From Fidelibacterota bacterium (GTDB taxonomy: Bacteria > Fidelibacterota > Marinisomatia > Marinisomatales > S15-B10): DNA of 19,802 nt. Both the position numbers and the translations under genes were made by a program. The stretch is taken from positions 1 to 19,802 of the forward strand of contig JBHIAI010000021.1 in NCBI GenBank assembly GCA_046861655.1. The letters run 5' to 3'. Below the pieces are notes generated by a model that saw only the letters and a list, made by a program, of their open reading frames with translations, had not been told where the DNA came from and searched no databases. Shown here in pieces: positions 1-5,904 of this stretch (its first letter is position 1; the number at the start of each line of letters is the position of its first letter).

Positions 1-17
1 AGTTCTACTCCTTCTAA

Positions 18-1241
18 ATGGCAAGAGACACCTGGAAACCACTTCCACCTGAAACGTTCGATATCCCGGTTCACGAAATCCGCAGAGGATACCGGAGCGA
101 TGTCTACTTCTGGAGAAGCAAGGTGGCCCTGGAAAACGCGACCATGAAAACGACCGTGACCATGCAGGTATTCCAGAAAAAGGAGGCTGTTCTTTGTGGA
201 GTGGATGAAGCGCTGGCTCTCTTGAAACTGGGAACAGGGTACTACAAGGATCGCGGAAAGGCCTACCGGCTCTTCGACGAGTACATCGATCTCAAAAAGA
301 CCATACGGTCCTTGTATTTCAATTCAAAGGAACAGATGCTCGAGGCTGAGAAACGCAGACTGGACCTTCAGAAGCAGCTGGACGACCTGTGGGAAAGCAC
401 ACCCCACGACCTCACGGTTCACACTCTGCGGGATGGGGATACGATCCGTCCGTGGGAGACAGTCATGACCATCGACGGACCCCTGTTCGAGTTTGTCCAT
501 CTGGAAACTATCTACCTCGGTGTACTGGGCCGCCGCACCCGCGTGGCAACCAACGTAAGCAGGGTGGTGGACGCAGCCCGGGGTAAGCCCATTCTGTACT
601 TTCCCGCCCGCTTCGATCACTGGTCCCTTCAGGGAGGGGACGGCTACGCCGCCAGAATAGGGGGCGCTGAGGCTGTCTCTACCGATGCCCAGGGAGAATG
701 GTGGGGCGCCTCAGGGGCGGGGACCATTCCCCACGCCCTTATCGCTGCCTGCAAGCGGGATACGGTCCAGGCGGCAAAGCTTTTTGACCTCAATTTCCCT
801 GACACCAATCTCATCGCCCTGGTGGACTTCGACAATGATTCAGTACGGACTTCCCTGGCGGTGGCCCGGGAACTGGGGGAACGACTGTGGGGGGTGCGCC
901 TGGATACCTCCGCAACGCTGGTGGATAAATCCGTCATTTCCCAGATGGGAAGAGTGGCTCCCACCGGTGTGAACCCACAACTGGTGTGGAACGTTCGAAA
1001 AGCCCTCGACAAAGAGGGCTTTGGACATGTAAAGATCATAGTCTCAGGTGGTTTCGATGCGGAACGGATCGACCGGTTTGAGAGGGAAGGTGTTCCCGCC
1101 GATGCCTACGGAGTGGGATCGGCCCTCCTGGCCGGGCGGTATGACTTCACGGCGGACGTGGTGCGGGTGGAAGGAAAACCGTGCGCAAAAGTAGGCAGGG
1201 AGTATCTCCCGAATGAGCGGATGAGAAAAGTCAATATTTGA
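18..1241 (+). CDS. pncB: Nicotinate phosphoribosyltransferase (PRK07188-like clade, type II PRTase fold) with a ~50-aa helical insertion
   Basis: 407 aa. Motifs RGYRSDVYF, VTMQVFQ..AVLCGVDE, LRDGD.I.PWETVM.I.GP, RRTRVATN, GDGYAA.IGG, EWWG..G.GTIPHALI (phospho-His motif), LVDFDND, GVRLDTS, IIVSGGFD, YGVGS, KVGR. Directly upstream of a nicotinamidase, consistent with NAD salvage. Confidence 0.88.
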   Translation: MARDTWKPLPPETFDIPVHEIRRGYRSDVYFWRSKVALENATMKTTVTMQVFQKKEAVLCGVDEALALLKLGTGYYKDRGKAYRLFDEYIDLKKTIRSLYFNSKEQMLEAEKRRLDLQKQLDDLWESTPHDLTVHTLRDGDTIRPWETVMTIDGPLFEFVHLETIYLGVLGRRTRVATNVSRVVDAARGKPILYFPARFDHWSLQGGDGYAARIGGAEAVSTDAQGEWWGASGAGTIPHALIAACKRDTVQAAKLFDLNFPDTNLIALVDFDNDSVRTSLAVARELGERLWGVRLDTSATLVDKSVISQMGRVAPTGVNPQLVWNVRKALDKEGFGHVKIIVSGGFDAERIDRFEREGVPADAYGVGSALLAGRYDFTADVVRVEGKPCAKVGREYLPNERMRKVNI

Positions 1242-1264
1242 CCGTTTGCTTTCAGGGTCGGGAT

Positions 1265-1320
1265 TTACGGCTTACGCATTACGAATTACGCATTACGAGT
1301 TACGCATTACGAATTACGCA
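1265..1320. repeat. Tandem array of 8 heptamers TTACGNN with a 14-bp higher-order period (TTACGCA-TTACGAR)
   Basis: Read directly: TTACGGC TTACGCA TTACGAA TTACGCA TTACGAG TTACGCA TTACGAA TTACGCA, in the pncB-pncA intergenic region. Confidence 0.97.
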
Positions 1321-1325
1321 CTATT

Positions 1326-1331
1326 GAGGAG
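1326..1331 (+). promoter_or_regulatory. Shine-Dalgarno site of pncA
   Basis: GAGGAG 8 nt upstream of ATG 1340. Confidence 0.8.
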
Positions 1332-1339
1332 CTCAAATC

Positions 1340-1909
1340 ATGACCAAGGCAGCACTCGTTATTGTCGATCTTCAGAACGACTTCTGCCCCGGCGGATCCC
1401 TGGCCGTTCCTGACGGAGACCAGGTGGTCTCCGTAGCCAACAGGCTCATCGAGCGGTTTCAGGATGCCGGACTGCCCATTTTCGCCACCCGGGATTGGCA
1501 TCCCGCCAATCACTGCAGCTTCGAAGCACAGGGGGGACAGTGGCCTCCCCACTGTGTTCAGAACACGGAAGGGGCCCGGTTCCATCCCGGTCTAAAGCTG
1601 CCAGACACTGCCGTCCTTATCAGTAAAGCCACCACCCCCGAAAAGGACGCCTATTCGGGATTCGATGGAACAGACCTGGCTTCCAGGCTCAAGAAAGAAG
1701 GCACAGAAAGAATCGTGGTCTGCGGGCTGGCCACAGACTACTGTGTCAGAGCCACGGCTCTTGACGGCGTGGAAAAAGGATTTGAAGTCACGGTAGTGGA
1801 AGACGGCATCCGGGGTGTCAATGTCCAGCCTGGCGATTCCCGGAAGGCTATCGAAGAGATGAAGGATTCCGGGGCTACCGTCGTTCCTCAGAATAACCTG
1901 ACCCTGTAG
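1340..1909 (+). CDS. pncA: Nicotinamidase/pyrazinamidase (isochorismatase-like cysteine hydrolase)
   Basis: 189 aa. Motifs ALVIVDLQNDFCPGGSLAV (catalytic Asp), TRDWHPANHCSF and WPPHCVQ (metal ligands), ISKAT (Lys), YSGF, GLATDYCV (catalytic Cys). Confidence 0.95.
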   Translation: MTKAALVIVDLQNDFCPGGSLAVPDGDQVVSVANRLIERFQDAGLPIFATRDWHPANHCSFEAQGGQWPPHCVQNTEGARFHPGLKLPDTAVLISKATTPEKDAYSGFDGTDLASRLKKEGTERIVVCGLATDYCVRATALDGVEKGFEVTVVEDGIRGVNVQPGDSRKAIEEMKDSGATVVPQNNLTL

Positions 1910-1928
1910 GGAAAAAAGTTGAGCCCCG

Positions 1929-1954
1929 ACGCCAGGGGAAGAATTTTCTGGCGT
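1929..1954 (+). other. Intergenic stem-loop between pncA and the cytochrome gene
   Basis: ACGCCAG-GGGA / AGAA loop / TTTT-CTGGCGT: 7 Watson-Crick pairs plus 4 further pairs (3 G-U). No downstream U-tract, so not a classical intrinsic terminator. Confidence 0.5.
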
Positions 1955-1991
1955 AGCGTGCCCCCAAATCCTAATTTCCTGGAGTACAGGT

Positions 1992-1998
1992 AAGGAGG
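1992..1998 (+). promoter_or_regulatory. Shine-Dalgarno site of the octaheme cytochrome gene
   Basis: AAGGAGG 6 nt upstream of ATG 2005. Confidence 0.85.
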
Positions 1999-2004
1999 GT
2001 TTCC

Positions 2005-3252
2005 ATGTTATTCAGACTCATTTCGCTCTTGCCCGGGACCTTGCTTTTCACCTCTTTCCTTGTGGCCGATCCCGAATGCGTTCAGTGCCATCTTGAGGTG
2101 ACCCCTAACCTCGTGGCCGACTGGCAGATTAGCCTTCACAGCGAAAACGACATCGACTGCGCTGCCTGCCACGGAACACGCCACACCTCGCACCGGGACG
2201 TTTCCCAAGCGGAGATTCCCACCCCTGAAACTTGCAAGTTATGCCATGAAACTCAGATGGAACAGTTCTCCCGTGGCAAACATGCTTTCGCCTGGGCCGC
2301 CATGAATGCCATGCCCACCACCCACTGGAAGCCCATGGAGTTGATTGAAGGTATGAAAGGTTGCGGTGGCTGCCATAAGATCGGACTCAAGACGGAAAAA
2401 GAGATTGCCCAGCTGAAGGAACAGGGGGCAGGTTTCGGTGTCGCCTCCTGCGACGCCTGCCACACCCGGCACACCTTTTCCACTGTAGAAGCTCGCCAAC
2501 CCCAGGCTTGCCAGACCTGCCATATGGGTTTCGACCATCCCCAGTGGGAGATGTACTCCTCTTCAAAGCACGGGGTGAGGTACCTTTTGAAACAGAACGG
2601 TACCCTCCCCGAGAATACCATCGCTCCCACCTGCCAGACCTGCCATATGCCCGGGGGCGATCATGAAGTCCGGACCGCCTGGGGTTTCCTGGCGGTAAGA
2701 ACCAACGGTCTCGCTCCCTACCCGGGGGAGGATGAAACATGGTGGCAGGACCGTGTGACCATTCTCCAGGCCCTGGGTGTTCTCGACCCCGAGGGAAATC
2801 CCACGGCAAGGCTGGATGTGGTCAAGCAGCTCCAGGTAGCCCGTCTCACCAAGGAAGACTTCGATGTGGAACGGGAGAAAATGATCAACACGTGCAATCA
2901 ATGCCATTCGGAGAACTTCGCCAGGGCGGAACTGACCAAGGGGGATGATATCATCCGCGAAGGGGATAAGCTTCTGGCCCAGGCCATCCGGGTGGTGGCC
3001 GCCCTCTACAAAGACGGGGTCCTGGAAAAACCCGACAGTTATGCCTACCCTTTTCCCGATCTCCTGGCGTTCCATGATGCACCCACCCCTATCGAGCAAC
3101 GCCTGTTTGTGATGCACCTGAAACACCGTATGCGATTGTTTCAAGGGACGTTTCATGCCAATCCGGACTACGCCCTGTGGTACGGGTGGAGTGAAATGGT
3201 TCAGGATCTAACGGAAATCAAGAGCTTGGCCGAAGAACTCCGCCGGGAATAA
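2005..3252 (+). CDS. Secreted octaheme c-type cytochrome, hydroxylamine oxidoreductase (HAO)-like family
   Basis: 415 aa. Hydrophobic N-terminal signal peptide; eight CxxCH motifs (CVQCH, CAACH, CKLCH, CGGCH, CDACH, CQTCH, CQTCH, CNQCH); HAO-family signatures CDACHTRHTFS..EAR.P.AC..CH.G.DHPQWE.Y..SKHG and C-terminal FHANPDY..WYGW. Confidence 0.88.
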   Translation: MLFRLISLLPGTLLFTSFLVADPECVQCHLEVTPNLVADWQISLHSENDIDCAACHGTRHTSHRDVSQAEIPTPETCKLCHETQMEQFSRGKHAFAWAAMNAMPTTHWKPMELIEGMKGCGGCHKIGLKTEKEIAQLKEQGAGFGVASCDACHTRHTFSTVEARQPQACQTCHMGFDHPQWEMYSSSKHGVRYLLKQNGTLPENTIAPTCQTCHMPGGDHEVRTAWGFLAVRTNGLAPYPGEDETWWQDRVTILQALGVLDPEGNPTARLDVVKQLQVARLTKEDFDVEREKMINTCNQCHSENFARAELTKGDDIIREGDKLLAQAIRVVAALYKDGVLEKPDSYAYPFPDLLAFHDAPTPIEQRLFVMHLKHRMRLFQGTFHANPDYALWYGWSEMVQDLTEIKSLAEELRRE

Positions 3253-3294
3253 TCCTCTGACGGATTCTTACGGATCGAACTTCGCTTCTTTTCC

Positions 3295-3807
3295 ATGCCC
3301 ACGATACTCCTGATGGTAGGTACCCGGAAGGGTGCCTTCTTCCTCACCTCTGACGACTCGCGAAGCCACTGGTCCATCAGCGGTCCCCATATGAAGGGGT
3401 GGGAGGTGGGTGCTCTGACCCTGGATAACCGGAAAGGCTCCCGCATTTTCGCGGGTCTCAGGCATGAAGCCTTCGGACCCGCCATCCAGGTCTCTGACGA
3501 CCTCGGGCAGACATGGCGGAAGACGGAAAACCGTCCTGCCTACTCCAAGAAGTCCGGGTTCAGAATGAACCGAATCTGGACCATAGCCCTCGATCCCGCC
3601 GATGAAAATGTGCTGTACGCCGGTGTTGCCCAGGCCGGGCTTTTCGTCTCCAACGACGACGGAGAGCACTGGGAGCAGGTTTCCTCCCTCACCAGCCACG
3701 AAACCAGGAGTGAATGGTATCCAGGGGCTAGATTCAGCCCTTGCGGTGGGATTTCACCCAGGCAGCGTAATCCCCGTGATATCCCACCTTCTCCTGCCAC
3801 TTCTTGA
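3295..3807 (+). pseudogene. 3'-truncated BNR/Asp-box beta-propeller protein (WD40/YVTN/BNR-like, sialidase-like fold); family similarity ends near 3729
   Basis: N-terminal LLMVGTRKGAF, two Asp-boxes (SDDLGQTW, SNDDGEHW), YAGVAQAGLF, H..RSEWYPGA. The last 25 codons are low-plausibility and run antisense through the 3' end of the convergent oxidoreductase. No Shine-Dalgarno site visible. Confidence 0.7.
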
Positions 3808-4969
3808 CCTGCTTCCGGACCCCTTCCACGTCCACGCCATCTGAGGGAAGATCCTGTTCGATCACCCGGGTGGTGATGTCCCGAGCGTTGATCCGGGAGA
3901 CCCGGATGTTTCCTTTACCCGTGATGGCATTTCCCAGGCCGAACACACCATCAAGTCCGTTGACGCGACCGGTCTCCTCGCTCTCGATGTCATAGGTACT
4001 CCACTTCATGGGAATCCCTTCGAGGGGTTCAGGAATGCTGCCCACAGAACTGATGATCATGGTTCCCCGGACATCCTGCTCGGTTCCCTCCCTGGGCACT
4101 GCCCTCCGGTCAATAACATCGGTCTCAATCATCCGAAGACCCACCAGCTCTCCGTCTTCCACCAGGATGTCCACTGGCTGACGGTGGTCCTGGAAACGGA
4201 ACAGGTATTTCTCCTGGGCATTGGTGAGGATCTTGCGCCGGGTATTGCGAATGGCCTTTTCTCTCTCCGGAGTGGCGTCAGGAGGAATGGTGGCAAGAGG
4301 CATATTGGTAACATCCCTCCGGTACAATAACAAACAACCCTTCAGGTTCAGGTCGTCCCAGGACAGCCCTTTCTCATCAAGAGTAGAAGGGATTCCCTCC
4401 CGCTCCATGTCCACGATGTCCACAGATATTCCCCGCTCGTTCAGTGTCCGGGTCACAAGCTCCAGCTGAATAATCTTCACCACATCGATGGAAGCCAGTC
4501 CTCCTCCCACCACCAGGGCATCGTCCAGAATGGGAATGTTCTCCCCCTCATAGTTAGGCTCATGGGCGTGATTGAACCAGTGGACGAAAGGGTTTTGATA
4601 CCAGAATCCCTTCCCTTTGAATTTCTCAATCTCCTTTATGGGAAACGGCCTGTCTTTCCAGGCTCCATTCGCCAGAAGAATGGCGCTGAAGCCCAGCGCG
4701 TAAAGCTCGGAAAACGGAAGATCTTCGCCGATTCTGGTGTTTGGAACAAAATCGACCAGTTCATGACCTATCCGGGTGTCGATAAGGTCCATCTCCTTCT
4801 GACGCTGCTTGACATGCCACCGCGGCAGACCATCTTCTATCTTGCCGTAAGGCAGACTGTTCTGTTCAATCACCACACAACGGATCCCGTGCTCAGTAAG
4901 TTGATGAACGGACTCAGATCCCGCCACTGCACCTCCCACTACAGCCACAATCTGTTTGTTATCAGACAT
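3734..4969 (-). CDS. FAD/NAD(P)-dependent oxidoreductase, ferredoxin-NADP+ reductase/adrenodoxin reductase/GltD-like
   Basis: Start placed at ATG 4969 (SD-like GAGGGAG upstream), 411 aa. First Rossmann motif VAVVGGAVAG, PYGKIEDGLPRWH, ILLANGAW, second dinucleotide motif VVGGGLASIDV, LYRR, ISSVGS, VFGLGNA.TGKGNI. Confidence 0.8.
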   Translation of the reverse strand: MSDNKQIVAVVGGAVAGSESVHQLTEHGIRCVVIEQNSLPYGKIEDGLPRWHVKQRQKEMDLIDTRIGHELVDFVPNTRIGEDLPFSELYALGFSAILLANGAWKDRPFPIKEIEKFKGKGFWYQNPFVHWFNHAHEPNYEGENIPILDDALVVGGGLASIDVVKIIQLELVTRTLNERGISVDIVDMEREGIPSTLDEKGLSWDDLNLKGCLLLYRRDVTNMPLATIPPDATPEREKAIRNTRRKILTNAQEKYLFRFQDHRQPVDILVEDGELVGLRMIETDVIDRRAVPREGTEQDVRGTMIISSVGSIPEPLEGIPMKWSTYDIESEETGRVNGLDGVFGLGNAITGKGNIRVSRINARDITTRVIEQDLPSDGVDVEGVRKQVKKWQEKVGYHGDYAAWVKSHRKG

Positions 4970-5017
4970 TATGGAGACTCCCTCAAGTTTGCGGTTCAAC
5001 ACAGGTTACTGGGAAAT

Positions 5018-5046
5018 AATTTAGGATATTTCGATCTTGTTTTCAA
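5018..5046 (-). promoter_or_regulatory. Sigma70-like promoter for the oxidoreductase gene
   Basis: Minus strand reads TTGAAA (5046-5041), 17 nt, TAAATT (5023-5018), in a locally AT-rich patch ~50 nt upstream of the start. Confidence 0.6.
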
Positions 5047-5103
5047 TTGTTGGACCCGGTTCCTTCACTGTCTTCTATGGCCGGGACCCCGTTTTCGTTA
5101 GCC

Positions 5104-5132
5104 TTGACACGAACTCAATTTTGTTCTACCTT
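5104..5132 (+). promoter_or_regulatory. Sigma70-like promoter for pcm
   Basis: Perfect -35 TTGACA (5104-5109), 17 nt, TACCTT (5127-5132; TAnnnT). Lies inside the ORF-track extension 5037-5153, which argues for a start at 5154 or later. Confidence 0.7.
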
Positions 5133-5153
5133 ACCCGCGGATGGCACCATGAC

Positions 5154-5894
5154 ATGGCTGCACGCCAGGCTAGACTGCGAAACACCGTTGCACTCATGGG
5201 ACCTGTCTGGTTCTGTTTTTCGTTCCTTTCCGCCCAAATACACGATCCACCCCATCTCCAACGCCAGCGAGAGGCCATGATGGCCACACAGATTGAGGGC
5301 AGGGGAATTACCTCCCCGAAAGTACTGAAGGCCATGAAGGACGTCCCACGCCATCTGTTCGTGGACGAATCCCTCTGGTCCGTGGCCTACTCGGATGGGC
5401 CTCTCCCCATCGGTCACGGCCAGACTATCAGTCAGCCGTTTATCGTGGCTTACATGACCGATCTTCTTCAGCCCGACTCCCATCATGTGGTCCTGGAGAT
5501 CGGCACAGGCTCAGGCTATCAGGCGGCCGTATTGTCCAAACTGGTTCACCACGTCTACACCATCGAAATCATTCCCGATCTGGGCCTCGGGGCCGAAAAG
5601 CTTCTCGAGCGTCTGGGGTACGACAACGTGACCGTACGCATCGGAGACGGATACCAGGGGTGGCCCGAAGTCGCACCCTTTGACAGAATCATCGTAACGG
5701 CAGCTCCGGAAGAAGTCCCTCAAGCCCTGGTGGACCAGCTAAGACCCGGGGGTCGCATGGTGGTCCCCGTCGGTCCCCAGTGGTGGGGTCAGGATCTCAT
5801 CATCGTGCAAAAAGACGAACAGGGCAAGGTTACCACCTCTGAGTCCTTGCCTGTCAGGTTCGTCCCTATGGTCCACGAACCTGAGGAAAACTAG
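5154..5894 (+). CDS. pcm: Protein-L-isoaspartate(D-aspartate) O-methyltransferase with a putative N-terminal signal peptide
   Basis: Motifs VPRHLFV, AYSDGPLPIGHGQTISQP, VLEIGTGSGYQAAVL, GDGYQGWPEVAPFDRIIVTAA, QLRPGGRMVVPVG, VRFVPM. Start chosen at ATG 5154, the first in-frame ATG after the promoter; ATG 5196 is an alternative. Confidence 0.93.
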   Translation: MAARQARLRNTVALMGPVWFCFSFLSAQIHDPPHLQRQREAMMATQIEGRGITSPKVLKAMKDVPRHLFVDESLWSVAYSDGPLPIGHGQTISQPFIVAYMTDLLQPDSHHVVLEIGTGSGYQAAVLSKLVHHVYTIEIIPDLGLGAEKLLERLGYDNVTVRIGDGYQGWPEVAPFDRIIVTAAPEEVPQALVDQLRPGGRMVVPVGPQWWGQDLIIVQKDEQGKVTTSESLPVRFVPMVHEPEEN

Positions 5895-5904
5895 ACCCGG
5901 GGGG

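Noticed and set aside
1265..1320. Heptamer array as a CRISPR array or iteron origin
   Set aside because: Units are 7 nt with no unique spacers; no cas or rep gene and no adjacent AT-rich unwinding region.
18..1909. pncB-pncA as an NAD-related anti-phage or phage NAD-reconstitution module
   Set aside because: This is the ordinary nicotinamide to nicotinate to NaMN salvage pair; no phage, sirtuin, TIR or defence genes are nearby.
1948..1963. Possible sigma54 promoter (TGGC...TGC) upstream of the cytochrome
   Set aside because: GG-to-GC spacing is 8 nt instead of the required 10.
3725..3810. Programmed frameshift or stop readthrough rescuing the truncated beta-propeller gene
   Set aside because: Downstream sequence is occupied by the antisense oxidoreductase gene, and I see no continuation of the propeller motifs in any + frame.
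5037..5153. ORF-track N-terminal extension of pcm from TTG 5037
   Set aside because: It spans both divergent promoter elements and has no family-like sequence; start moved to 5154.
5742..5903. 11-bp direct repeat AGACCCGGGGG at 5742-5752 and 5893-5903
   Set aside because: First copy encodes the conserved RPGG of PCM; low-complexity G/C run, likely chance.
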